Below, in pieces: positions 14,581-30,300 of a stretch of DNA of 64,000 nt. Where the stretch lies: positions 24,986,001 through 25,050,000 of the forward strand of contig OZ024753.1 in NCBI GenBank assembly GCA_964016885.1, given 5' to 3'. The notes under the pieces were generated by a model. That model made no database searches. It had not been told where the DNA came from and saw only the letters and a program-made list of their open reading frames with translations. Position 1 is the first letter of the stretch, and every line of letters starts with the position of its first letter. The DNA comes from Eledone cirrhosa (taxonomy: Eukaryota). The position numbers and the translations under genes are program-made.

Positions 14581-16990
14581 TAACTCCAGTCAAAACATAG
14601 AAACAGGATAGTAATAACTCCAACCAAGATATAGAAACAGGATAGTAATAACTCCAGTCAAGACATAGAAACATGATAATAATAACTCCAACCAAGACAT
14701 AGAAACATGATAGTAATAAACCCAATCATGACATAAAAACATGATAATAATAACTTCAGTCAAGATATAGAAACATGATAGTAATAACTCCAGTCAAGAT
14801 ATAGAAACATGATAGTAATAACTCCAGCCAAGACATAGAAACATGATAGTAATAACTCCAGCCAACACATAGAAACATGATAGTAATAACTCCAGCCAAG
14901 ATATAGAAACAGGATAGTAATAACTCCAGTCAAGACATAGAAACATGATAGTAATAACTCCAGTCAAGACATAGAAACATGATAGTAATAACTCCAGCCA
15001 AGACATAGAAACATGATAGTAATAACTCCAGCCAACACATAGAAACATGATAGTAATAACTCCAGCCAAGATATAGAAACAGGATAGTAATAACTCCAGT
15101 CAAGACATAGAAACATGATAGTAATAACTCCAGTCAAGACATAGAAACATGATAGTAATAACTCCAGTCAAGACATAGAAACATGATAGTAATAACCCCA
15201 ATCAAGTTATAGAAACATGATAGTAATAACTCCAACCAAGACATAGAAACATGATAGTAATAACTCCAACCAAAATATAGAAACAGGATAGTAATAACTG
15301 TAACCAAGATATAGAAACATGACAGTAATAACTCCAACCAAAATATAGAAACATGATAGTAGTAACTCCAACCAAGACATAGAAACATGATAGTAATAAC
15401 TCCAACCAAGACATAGAAACAGGATAGTAATAACTGCAACCAAGACATAGAAACAGGATAGTAATAACTCCAACCAAGATATAGAAACAGGATAGTAATA
15501 ACTCAAACCAAGATATAGAAACAAGATAGTAATAACTCCAGCCAAGATATAGAAACAGGATAGTAATAACTCCAACCAAGACATAGAAACATGATAGTAA
15601 TAACTCCAACCAAGATATAGAAACAGGATAGTAATAACTCAAACCAAGATATAGAAACAAGATAGTAATAACTCCAGTCAAGATATAGAAACATGATAGT
15701 AATAACTCCAGCCAAGACATAGAAACATGATAGTAATAACTCCCGCCAAGATATAGAAACATGATAGTAATAACTCCAGTCAAGACATAGAAACATGATA
15801 GTAATAACTCCAACCAAGACATAGAAACATGATAGTAATAACTCCAACCAAAATATAGAAACATGATAGTAACAACTCCAACCAAGATATAGAAACATGA
15901 TAGTAATAACTCTAACCAAAATATAGAAACATGATAGTAATAACTCCAACCAAGACATAGAAACATGATAGTAATAACTCCAACCAAGACATAGAAACAG
16001 GATAGTAATAACTCCAACCAAGATATAGAAATAGGATAATAATAACTCCAACCAAAATATTGAAACATGATAGTAATAACTCCAACCAAGATATAGAAAC
16101 AGGATAGTAATAACTCCAGACAAGACATAGAAACAGGATAGTAATAACTCCAGACAAGACATAGAAACAGGATAGTAATAACTCCAGACAAGACACAGAA
16201 ACATGATAGTAATAACTCCAACCAAGATATAGAAACATGATAATAATATCTCCAACCAAGACATAGAAACAGGATAGTAATAACTCCAGACAAGACATAG
16301 AAACAGGATAGTAATAACTCCAACCAAGACATAGAAACAGGATAGTAATAACTCCAGACAAGACTGAGAAACATGATAGTAATAACTCCAACCAAGACAT
16401 AGAAACAGGATAGTAATAACTCCAGACAAGACTGAGAAACATGATAATAATAACTCCAACCAAGACATAGAAACATGATAGTAATAACCCCAATCATGAC
16501 ATAAAAACATGATAATAATAACTTCAGTCAAGATATAGAAACATGATAGTAATAACTCCAGTCAAGATATAGAAACATGATAGTAATAACTCCAGCCAAG
16601 ACATAGAAACATGATAGTAATAACTCCAGCCAACACATAGAAACATGATAGTAATAACTCCCGCCAAGATATAGAAACATGATAGTAATAACTCCAGTCA
16701 AGACATAGAAACATGATAGTAATAACCCCAATCAAGTTATAGAAACATGATAGTAATAACTCCAACCAAGACATAGAAACATGATAGTAATAACTCCAAC
16801 CAAGACATAGAAACAGGATAGTAATAACTCCAACCAAGATATAGAAATAGGACAGTAATAAGTCCAACCAAAATATTGAAACATGATAGTAATAACTCCA
16901 GCCAAGACATAGAAACATGATAGTAATAACTCCAGCCAAGACATAGAAACATGATAGTAATAACTCCCGCCAAGATATAGAAACATGATA
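14581..16990. repeat. Long-range paralog of about 1355-3700 (offset 13,226 then 13,260 bp = 389/390 monomers)
   Basis: The order of rare variants is the same (gacacag, aatatct, gactgag twice). ORF pairs are 1568/14794, 2652/15912 and 3268/16528. Boundaries are approximate. Confidence 0.8.
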
Positions 16991-17749
16991 GTAATAACTC
17001 CAGTCAAGATATAGAAACATGATAGTAATAACCCCAATCAAATTATAGAAACATGATAGTAATAACTCCAACCAAGACATAGAAACATGATAGTAATAAC
17101 TCCAACCAAAATATAGAAACAGGATAGTAATAACTCTAACCAAGATATAGAAACATGATAGTAATAACTCCAACCAAAATATAGAAACATGATAGTAGTA
17201 ACTCCAACCAAGACATAGAAACATGATAGCAATAACTTCAACCAAGATATAGAAATAGAATAGTAATAACTCCAACCAAAATATTGAAACATGATAGTAA
17301 TAACTCCAACCAAGATATAGAAGCAGGATAGTAATAATTCCAACCAAGACATAGAAACAGGATAGTAATAACTCCAAACTAAATATGGAAACATGATAGT
17401 AATAACTCCAATCAAGACATAGAAACAGGATAGTAATAACTCCTACAAAAACATAGAAACAGGATAGTAATAACTCCAACCAAGACATAGAAACAGGATA
17501 GTAATAACTCCAGCCAAGATATAGAAACAGTATAGTAATAACTCCAACCAAGACATAGAAACAGGATAGTAATAACTCCAACCAAGACATAGAAACAGGA
17601 TAGTAATAACTCCAGCCAAGATATAGAAACAGGATAGTAATAACTCCAACCAAGACATAGAAACAGGATAGTAATAACTCGAGCCAAGATATAGAAACAG
17701 GATAGTAATAACTCCAACCAAGACATAGAAACATGATAGTAATAACTCC

Positions 17750-20700
17750 AACCAAGATATAGAAACAGGATAGTAATAACTCAAACCAAGATATAGAAAC
17801 AAGATAGTAATAACTCCAGTCAAGATATAGAAACATGATAGTAATAACTCCAGCCAAGACATAGAAACATGATAGTAATAACTCCAGCCAAGACATAGAA
17901 ACATGATAGTAATAACTCCCGCCAAGATATAGAAACATGATAGTAATAACTCCAGTCAAGACATAGAAACATGATAGTAATAACTCCAACCAAGACATAG
18001 AAACATGATAGTAATAACTCCAACCAAAATATAGAAACATGATAGTAACAACTCCAACCAAGATATAGAAACATGATAGTAATAACTCCAACCAAAATAT
18101 AGAAACATGATAGTAATAACTCCAACCAAGACATAGAAACATGATGGTAATAACTCCAACCAAGACATAGAAACAGGATAGTAATAACTCCAACCAAGAC
18201 ATAGAAACAGGATAGTAATAACTCCAAACTAAATATGGAAACATGATAGTAATAACTCCAATCAAGACATAGAAACAGGATAGTAATAACTCCTACCAAG
18301 ACATAGAAACAGGATAGTAATAACTCCAACCAAGACATAGAAACAGGATAGTAATAACTCCAGCCAAGATATAGAAACAGTATAGTAATAACTCCAACCA
18401 AGACTTAGAAACAGGATAGTAATAACTCCAACCAAGACATAGAAACAGGATAGTAATAACTCCAGCCAAGATATAGAAACAGGATAGTAATAACTCCAAC
18501 CAAGACATAGAAACAGGATAGTAATAACTCCAGCCAAGATATAGAAACAGTATAGTAATAACTCCAACCAAGACATAGAAACAGGATAGTAATAACTCCA
18601 ACCAAGACATAGAAACAGGATAGTAATAACTCCAGCCAAGATATAGAAACAGGATAGTAATAACCCCAATCATGACATAAAAACATGATAATAATAACTT
18701 CAGTCAAGATATAGAAACATGATAGTAATAACTCCAGTCAAGATATAGAAACATGATAGTAATAACTCCAGCCAAGACATAGAAACATGATAGTAATAAC
18801 TCCAGCCAACACATAGAAACATGATAGTAATAACTCCAGCCAAGATATAGAAACAGGATAGTAATAACTCCAGTCAAGACATAGAAACATGATAGTAATA
18901 ACTCCAGTCAAGACATAGAAACATGATAGTAATAACTCCAACCAAGTCATAGAAACATGATAGTAATAACTCCAGTGAAGACATAGAAACAGGATAGTAA
19001 TAACTCCAGTCAAGACATAGAAACATTATAGTAATAACACCAACCAAGACATAGGAACAGGATAGTAATAACTCCAGTCAAAACATAGAAACAGGATAGT
19101 AATAACTCCAACCAAGATATAGAAACAGGATAGTAATAACTCCAGTCAAGACATAGAAACATGATAATAATAACTCCAACCAAGACATAGAAACATGATA
19201 GTAATAAACCCAATCATGACATAAAAACATGATAATAATAACTTCAGTCAAGATATAGAAACATGATAGTAATAACTCCAGTCAAGATATAGAAACATGA
19301 TAGTAATAACTCCAGCCAAGACATAGAAACATGATAGTAATAACTCCAGCCAACACATAGAAACATGATAGTAATAACTCCAGCCAAGATATAGAAACAG
19401 GATAGTAATAACTCCAGTCAAGACATAGAAACATGATAGTAATAACTCCAGTCAAGACATAGAAACATGATAGTAATAACTCCAGCCAAGACATAGAAAC
19501 ATGATAGTAATAACTCCAGCCAACACATAGAAACATGATAGTAATAACTCCAGCCAAGATATAGAAACAGGATAGTAATAACTCCAGTCAAGACATAGAA
19601 ACATGATAGTAATAACTCCAGTCAAGACATAGAAACATGATAGTAATAACTCCAGTCAAGACATAGAAACATGATAGTAATAACCCCAATCAAGTCATAG
19701 AAACATGATAGTAATAACTCCAACCAAGACATAGAAACATGATAGTAATAACTCCAACCAAAATATAGAAACAGGATAGTAATAACTCTAACCAAGATAT
19801 AGAAACATGACAGTAATAACTCCAACCAAAATATAGAAACATGATAGTAGTAACTCCAACCAAGACATAGAAACATGATAGTAATAACTCCAACCAAGAC
19901 ATAGAAACAGGATAGTAATAACTCCAACCAAGACATAGAAACAGGATAGTAATAACTCCAGCCAAGATATAGAAACAGGATAGTAATAACTCCGACCAAG
20001 ACATAGAAACAGGATAGTAATAACTCCAGCCAAGATATAGAAACAGTATAGTAATAACTCCAACCAAGACATAGAAACAGGATAGTAATAACTCCAACCA
20101 AGACATAGAAACAGGATAGTAATAACTCCAGCCAAGATATAGAAACAGGATAGTAATAACTCCAACCAAGACATAGAAACATGATAGTAATAACTCCAAC
20201 CAAGATATAGAAACAGGATAGTAATAACTCAAACCAAGATATAGAAACAGGATAGTAATAACTCCAACCAAGACATAGAAACATGATAGTAATAACTCCA
20301 GCCAAGATATAGAAAAATGATAGTAATAACTCCAGCCAAGACATAGAAACATGATAGTAATAACTCCAGCCAACACATAGAAACATGATAGTAATAACTC
20401 CAGCCAAGATATAGAAACAGGATAGTAATAACTCCAGTCAAGACATAGAAACATGATAGTAATAACTCCAGTCAAGACATAGAAACATGATAGTAATAAC
20501 TCCAACCAAGTCATAGAAACATGATAGTAATAACTCCAGTGAAGACATAGAAACAGGATAGTAATAACTCGTCAAGACATAGAAACATTATAGTAATAAC
20601 ACCAACCAAGACATAGGAACAGGATAGTAATAACTCCAGTCAAAACATAGAAACAGGATAGTAATAACTCCAACCAAGATATAGAAACAGGATAGTAATA

Positions 20701-23700
20701 ACTCCAGTCAAGACATAGAAACATGATAATAATAACTCCCACCAAGACATAGAAACATGATAGTAATAAACCCAATCATGACATAAAAACATGATAATAA
20801 TAACTTCAGTCAAGATATAGAAACATGATAGTAATAACTCCAGTCAAGATATAGAAACATGATAGTAATAACTCCAGCCAAGACATAGAAACATGATAGT
20901 AATAACTCCAGCCAACACATAGAAACATGATAGTAATAACTCCAGCCAAGATATAGAAACAGGATAGTAATAACTCCAGTCAAGACATAGAAACATGATA
21001 GTAATAACTCCAGTCAAGACATAGAAACATGATAGTAATAACTCCAGCCAAGACATAGAAACATGATAGTAATAACTCCAGCCAACACATAGAAACATGA
21101 TAGTAATAACTCCAGCCAAGATATAGAAACAGGATAGTAATAACTCCAGTCAAGACATAGAAACATGATAGTAATAACTCCAGTTAAGACATAGAAACAT
21201 GATAGTAATAACTCCAATCAAGACATAGAAACAGGATAGTAATAACTCCTACCAAGACATAGAAACAGGATAGTAATAACTCCAACCAAGACATAGAAAC
21301 AGGATAGTAATAACTCCAGCCAAGATATAGAAACAGTATAGTAATAACTCCAACCAAGACATAGAAACAGGATAGTAATAACTCCAACCAAGACATAGAA
21401 ACAGGATAGTAATAACTCCAGCCAAGATATAGAAACAGGATAGTAATAACTCCAACCAAGACATAGAAACAGGATAGTAATAACTCCAGCCAAGATATAG
21501 AAACAGTATAGTAATAACTCCAACCAAGACATAGAAACAGGATAGTAATAACTCCAACCAAGACATAGAAACAGGATAGTAATAACTCCAGCCAAGATAT
21601 AGAAACAGGATAGTAATAACCCCAATCATGACATAAAAACATGATAATAATAACTTCAGTCAAGATATAGAAACAGGATAGTAATAACTCAAACCAAGAT
21701 ATAGAAACAAGATAGTAATAACTCCAGTCAAGATATAGAAACATGATAGTAATAACTCCAGCCAAGACATAGAAACATGATAGTAATAACTCCAGCCAAG
21801 ACATAGAAACATGATAGTAATAACTCCCGCCAAGATATAGAAACATGATAGTAATAACTCCAGTCAAGACATAGAAACATGATAGTAATAACTCCAACCA
21901 AGACATAGAAACATGATAGTAATAACTCCAACCAAAATATAGAAACATGATAGTAACAACTCCAACCAAGATATAGAAACATGATAGTAATAACTCCAAC
22001 CAAAATATAGAAACATGATAGTAATAACTCCAACCAAGACATAGAAACATGATGGTAATAACTCCAACCAAGACATAGAAACAGGATAGTAATAACTCCA
22101 ACCAAGACATAGAAACAGGATAGTAATAACTCCAAACTAAATATGGAAACATGATAGTAATAACTCCAATCAAGACATAGAAACAGGATAGTAATAACTC
22201 CTACCAAGACATAGAAACAGGATAGTAATAACTCCAACCAAGACATAGAAACAGGATAGTAATAACTCCAGCCAAGATATAGAAACAGTATAGTAATAAC
22301 TCCAACCAAGACATAGAAACAGGATAGTAATAACTCAAACCAAGACATAGAAACAGGATAGTAATAACTCCAGCCAAGATATAGAAACAGGATAGTAATA
22401 ACTCCAACCAAGACATAGAAACAGGATAGTAATAACTCCAGCCAAGATATAGAAACAGTATAGTAATAACTCCAACCAAGACATAGAAACAGGATAGTAA
22501 TAACTCCAAACAAGACATAGAAACAGGATAGTAATAACTCCAGCCAAGATATAGAAACAGGATAGTAATAACCCCAATCATGACATAAAAACATGATAAT
22601 AATAACTTCAGTCAAGATATAGAAACATGATAGTAATAACTCCAGTCAAGATATAGAAACATGATAGTAATAACTCCAGCCAAGACATAGAAACATGATA
22701 GTAATAACTCCAGCCAACACATAGAAACATGATAGTAATAACTCCAGCCAAGATATAGAAACAGGATAGTAATAACTCCAGTCAAGACATAGAAACATGA
22801 TAGTAATAACTCCAGTCAAGACATAGAAACATGATAGTAATAACTCCAACCAAGTCATAGAAACATGATAGTAATAACTCCAGTGAAGACATAGAAACAG
22901 GATAGTAATAACTCCAGTCAAGACATAGAAACATTATAGTAATAACACCAACCAAGACATAGGAACAGGATAGTAATAACTCCAGTCAAAACATAGAAAC
23001 AGGATAGTAATAACTCCAACCAAGATATAGAAACAGGATAGTAATAACTCCAGTCAAGACATAGAAACATGATAATAATAACTCCAACCAAGACATAGAA
23101 ACATGATAGTAATAAACCCAATCATGACATAAAAACATGATAATAATAACTTCAGTCAAGATATAGAAACATGATAGTAATAACTCCAGTCAAGATATAG
23201 AAACATGATAGTAATAACTCCAGCCAAGACATAGAAACATGATAGTAATAACTCCAGCCAACACATAGAAACATGATAGTAATAACTCCAGCCAAGATAT
23301 AGAAACAGGATAGTAATAACTCCAGTCAAGACATAGAAACATGATAGTAATAACTCCAGTCAAGACATAGAAACATGATAGTAATAACTCCAGCCAAGAC
23401 ATAGAAACATGATAGTAATAACTCCAGCCAACACATAGAAACATGATAGTAATAACTCCAGCCAAGATATAGAAACAGGATAGTAATAACTCCAGTCAAG
23501 ACATAGAAACATGATAGTAATAACTCCAGTCAAGACATAGAAACATGATAGTAATAACTCCAGTCAAGACATAGAAACATGATAGTAATAACCCCAATCA
23601 AGTCATAGAAACATGATAGTAATAACTCCAACCAAGACATAGAAACATGATAGTAATAACTCCAACCAAAATATAGAAACAGGATAGTAATAACTCTAAC

Positions 23701-25000
23701 CAAGATATAGAAACATGACAGTAATAACTCCAACCAAAATATAGAAACATGATAGTAGTAACTCCAACCAAGACATAGAAACATGATAGTAATAACTCCA
23801 ACCAAGACATAGAAACAGGATAGTAATAACTCCAACCAAGACATAGAAACAGGATAGTAATAACTCCAGCCAAGATATAGAAACAGGATAGTAATAACTC
23901 CGACCAAGACATAGAAACAGGATAGTAATAACTCCAGCCAAGATATAGAAACAGTATAGTAATAACTCCAACCAAGACATAGAAACAGGATAGTAATAAC
24001 TCCAACCAAGACATAGAAACAGGATAGTAATAACTCCAGCCAAGATATAGAAACAGGATAGTAATAACTCCAACCAAGACATAGAAACATGATAGTAATA
24101 ACTCCAACCAAGATATAGAAACAGGATAGTAATAACTCAAACCAAGATATAGAAACAGGATAGTAATAACTCCAACCAAGACATAGAAACATGATAGTAA
24201 TAACTCCAGCCAAGATATAGAAAAATGATAGTAATAACTCCAGCCAAGACATAGAAACATGATAGTAATAACTCCAGCCAACACATAGAAACATGATAGT
24301 AATAACTCCAGCCAAGATATAGAAACAGGATAGTAATAACTCCAGTCAAGACATAGAAACATGATAGTAATAACTCCAGTCAAGACATAGAAACATGATA
24401 GTAATAACTCCAACCAAGTCATAGAAACATGATAGTAATAACTCCAGTCAAGACATAGAAACAGGATTGTAATAACTCCAGTCAAGACATAGAAACATTA
24501 TAGTAATAACACCAACCAAGACATAGGAACAGGATAGTAATAACTCCAGTCAAAACATAGAAACAGGATAGTAATAACTCCAACCAAGAAATAGAAACAG
24601 GATAGTAATAACTCCAGTCAAGACATAGAAACATGATAATAATAACTCCCACCAAGACATAGAAACATGATAGTAATAAACCCAATCATGACATAAAAAC
24701 ATGATAATAATAACTTCAGTCAAGATATAGAAACATGATAGTAATAACTCCAGTCAAGATATAGAAACATGATAGTAATAACTCCAGCCAAGACATAGAA
24801 ACATGATAGTAATAACTCCAGCCAACACATAGAAACATGATAGTAATAACTCCAGCCAAGATATAGAAACAGGATAGTAATAACTCCAGTCAAGACATAG
24901 AAACATGATAGTAATAACTCCAGTCAAGACATAGAAACATGATAGTAATAACTCCAGTCAAGACATAGAAACATGATAGTAATAACTCCAGCCAAGACAT
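17750..25000. repeat. Tandem-type duplication with period 3,908-3,910 bp (115 monomers)
   Basis: ORF pairs 17820/21728, 18738/22646 and 19622/23530 are offset 3908 across the 2-bp deletion; 20572/24482 is offset 3910. Boundaries are approximate. Confidence 0.8.
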
Positions 25001-27399
25001 AGAAACATGATAGTAATAACTCCAGCCAACACATAGAAACATGATAGTAATAACTCCAGCCAAGATATAGAAACAGGATAGTAATAACTCCAGTCAAGAC
25101 ATAGAAACATGATAGTAATAACTCCAGTCAAGACATAGAAACATGATAGTAATAACTCCAATCAAGACATAGAAACAGGATAGTAATAACTCCTACCAAG
25201 ACATAGAAACAGGATAGTAATAACTCCAACCAAGACATAGAAACAGGATAGTAATAACTCCAGCCAAGATATAGAAACAGTATAGTAATAACTCCAACCA
25301 AGACATAGAAACAGGATAGTAATAACTCCAACCAAGACATAGAAACAGGATAGTAATAACTCCAGCCAAGATATAGAAACATGATAGTAATAACTCCAAC
25401 CAAGACATAGAAACAGGATAGTAATAACTCCAGCCAAGATATAGAAACAGTATAGTAATAACTCCAACCAAGACATAGAAACAGGATAGTAATAACTCCA
25501 ACCAAGACATAGAAACAGGATAGTAATAACTCCAGCCAAGATATAGAAACAGGATAGTAATAACCCCAATCATGACATAAAAACATGATAATAATAACTT
25601 CAGTCAAGATATAGAAACATGATAGTAATAACTCCAGTCAAGATATAGAAACATGATAGTAATAACTCCAGCCAAGACATAGAAACATGATAGTAATAAC
25701 TCCAGCCAACACATAGAAACATGATAGTAATAACTCCAGCCAAGATATAGAAACAGGATAGTAATAACTCCAGTCAAGACATAGAAACATGATAGTAATA
25801 ACTCCAGTCAAGACATAGAAACATGATAGTAATAACTCCAACCAAGTCATAGAAACATGATAGTAATAACTCCAGTGAAGACATAGAAACAGGATAGTAA
25901 TAACTCCAGTCAAGACATAGAAACATTATAGTAATAACACCAACCAAGACATAGGAACAGGATAGTAATAACTCCAGTCAAAACATAGAAACAGGATAGT
26001 AATAACTCCAACCAAGATATAGAAACAGGATAGTAATAACTCCAGTCAAGACATAGAAACATGATAATAATAACTCCCACCAAGACATAGAAACATGATA
26101 GTAATAAACCCAATCATGACATAAAAACATGATAATAATAACTTCAGTCAAGATATAGAAACATGATAGTAATAACTCCAGTCAAGATATAGAAACATGA
26201 TAGTAATAACTCCAGCCAAGACATAGAAACATGATAGTAATAACTCCAGCCAACACATAGAAACATGATAGTAATAACTTCAGCCAAGATATAGAAACAG
26301 GATAGTAATAACTCCAGTCAAGACATAGAAACATGATAGTAATAACTCCAGTCAAGACATAGAAACATGATAGTAATAACTCCAGCCAAGACATAGAAAC
26401 ATGATAGTAATAACTCCAGCCAACACATAGAAACATGATAGTAATAACTCCAGCCAAGATATAGAAACAGGATAGTAATAACTCCAGTCAAGACATAGAA
26501 ACATGATAGTAATAACTCCAGTCAAGACATAGAAACATGATAGTAATAACTCCAGTCAAGACATAGAAACATGATAGTAATAACCCCAATCAAGTTATAG
26601 AAACATGATAGTAATAACTCCAACCAAGACATAGAAACATGATAGTAATAACTCCAACCAAAATATTGAAACATGATAGTAATAACTCTAACCAAGATAT
26701 AGAAACATGACAGTAATAACTCCAACCAAAATATAGAAACATGATAGTAGTAACTCCAACCAAGACATAGAAACATGATAGTAATAACTCCAACCAAGAC
26801 ATAGAAACAGGATAGTAATAACTCCAACCAAGACATAGAAACAGGATAGTAATAACTCCAGCCAAGATATAGAAACAGGATAGTAATAACTCCAACCAAG
26901 ACATAGAAACAGGTTAGTAATAACTACAACCAAGATATAGAAACATGATAGTAATAACTCCAGCCAAGATATAGAAACAGGATAGTAATAACTCCAAACA
27001 AGACATAGAAACAGGATAGTAATAACTCCAATCAAAATATGGAAACATGATAGTAATAACTCCAATCAAGACATAGAAACAGGATAGTAATAACTCCAAC
27101 CAAGACAGAGAAACAGGATAGTAATAACTCCAGTCAAGACATAGAAACAGGATAGTAATAACTCCAGCCAAGATATAGAAACAGGATAGTAATAACTCCA
27201 GTCAAGACATAGAAACATGATAGTAATAACTCCAGTCAAGACATAGAAACATGATAGTAATAACTCCAGTCAAGACATAGAAACAGGATAGTAATAACTC
27301 CAGTCAAGACATAGAAACATGATAGTAATAACTCCAACCAAGTCATAGAAACATGATAGTAATAACTCCAGTCAAGACATAGAAACAGGATAGTAATAA

Positions 27400-30300
27400 C
27401 TCCAGTCAAGACATAGAAACATTATAGTAATAACACCAACCAAGACATAGGAACAGGATAGTAATAACTCCAGTTAAAACATAGAAACAGGATAGTAATA
27501 ACTCCAACCAAGACAGAGAAACAGGATAGTAATAACTCCAACCAAGATATAGAAACACGATAGTAATAACTCCAGTCAAGACATAGTAAAAGGATAGTAA
27601 TAACTCCAACCAAGATATAGAAACAGGATAGTAATAACTCCAGCAAAGACATAGAAACAGGATAGTAATAACTCCAGTCAAGACATAGAAACATGATAGT
27701 AATAACTCCAGTCAAGACATACAAACAGGATAGTAATAACTCCAACCAAGACATACAAACAGGATAGTAATAACTCCAGCAAAGACATAGAAACAGCATA
27801 GTAATAACTCCAACCAAGACATAGAAACATGATAGTAATAACCCCAATCATGACATAGAAACATGATAATAATAACTTCAGTCAAGATATAGAAACAAGA
27901 TAGTAATAAGTCAAGACATAGAAACATGATAGTAATAACTCCAGATAAGAGATAGAAACATGATAGTAATAACTCCCGCCAAGATATAGAAACATGATAG
28001 TAATAACTCCAGTCAAGACATAGAAACATGATAGTAATAACTCCAGGCAAGACATAGAAACATGATAGTAATAACTCCAGTCAAGATATAGAAACATGAT
28101 AGTAATAATCCCAATCAAGTTATAGAAACATGATAGTAATAACTCCAACCAAGACATAGAAACATGATAGTAATAACTCCAACCAAAATATAGAAACATG
28201 ATAGTAACAACTCCAACCAAGATATAGAAACATGATAGTAATAACTCCAACCAAAATATAGAAACATGATAGTAATAACTCAAACCAAGACATAGAAACA
28301 TGATAGTAATATCTCCAACCAAGACATAGAAACAGGATAGTAATAACTCCAACCAAGATATAGAAATAGGATAGTAATAACTCCAACCAAAATATTGAAA
28401 CATGATAGTAATAACTCTAACCAAGATATAGAAACAGGATAGTAATAACTCCAACCAAGACATAGAAACAGGATAGTAATAACTCCAGACAAGACATAGA
28501 AACAGGATAGTAATAACTCCAGACAAGACATAGAAACAGGATAGTAATAACTCCAGACAAGACATAGAAACATGATAGTAATAACTCCAACCAAGATATA
28601 GAAACATGATAATAATATCTCCAACCAAGACATAGAAACAGGATAGTAATAACTCCAGACAAGACATAGAAACAGGATAGTAATAACTCCAACCAAGACA
28701 TAGAAACAGGATAGTAATAACTCCAGACAAGACTGAGAAACATGATAATAATAACTCCAACCAAGACATAGAAACATGATAGTAATAACCCCAATCATGA
28801 CATAAAAACATGATAATAATAACTTCAGTCAAGATATAGAAACATGATAGTAATAACTCCAGTCAAGATATAGAAACATGATAGTAATAACTCCAGCCAA
28901 GACATAGAAACATGATAGTAATAACTCCAGCCAACACATAGAAACATGATAGTAATAACTCCAGCCAAGATATAGAAACAGGATAGTAATAACTCCAGTC
29001 AAGACATAGAAACATGATAGTAATAACTCCAGTCAAGACATAGAAACATGATAGTAATAACTCCAACCAAGTCATAGAAACATGATAGTAATAACTCCAG
29101 TCAAGACATAGAAACAGGATAGTAATAACTCCAGTCAAGACATAGAAACATTATAGTAATAACACCAACCAAGACATAGGAACAGGATAGTAATAACTCC
29201 AGTCAAAACATAGAAACAGGATAGTAATAACTCCAACCAAGATATAGAAACAGGATAGTAATAACTCCAGTCAAGACATAGAAACATGATAATAATAGCT
29301 CCAACCAAGACATAGAAACATGATAGTAATAAACCCAATCATGACATAAAAACATGATAATAATAACTTCAGTCAAGATATAGAAACATGATAGTAATAA
29401 CTCCAGTCAAGATATAGAAACATGATAGTAATAACTCCAGCCAAGACATAGAAACATGATAGTAATAACTCCAGCCAACACATAGAAACATGATAGTAAT
29501 AACTCCAGCCAAGATATAGCAACAGGATAGTAATAACTCCAGTCAAGACATAGAAACATGATAGTAATAACTCCAGTCAAGACATAGAAACATGATAGTA
29601 ATAACTCCAGCCAAGACATAGAAACATGATAGTAATAACTCCAGCCAACACATAGAGACATGATAGTAATAACTCCAGCCAAGATATAGAAACAGGATAG
29701 TAATAACTCCAGTCAAGACATAGAAACATGATAGTAATAACTCCAGTCAAGACATAGAAACATGATAGTAATAACTCCAGTCAAGATATAGAAACATGAT
29801 AGTAATAACCCCAATCAAGTTATAGAAACATGATAGTAATAACTCCAACCAAGACATAGAAACATGATAGTAATAACTCCAACCAAAATATAGAAACAGG
29901 ATAGTAATAACTCTAACCAAGATATAGAAACATGACAGTAATAACTCCAGCCAAGATATAGAAACAGGATAGTAATAACTCCAACCAAGACATAGAAACA
30001 GGATAGTAATAACTCCAACCAAAATATGGAAACATGATAGTAATAACTCCAACCAAGACATAGAAACATGATAGTAATAACTCCAACCAAGACATAGAAA
30101 CAGGATAGTAATAACTCCAACCAAGATATAGAAATAGGATAGTAATAACTCCAACCAAAATATTGAAACATGATAGTAATAACTCCAACCAAGATATAGA
30201 AACAGGATAGTAATAACTCCAACCAAGACATAGAAACAGGATAGTAATAACTCCTACCAAGACATAGAAACATGATAGTAATAACTCCAACCAAGACATA

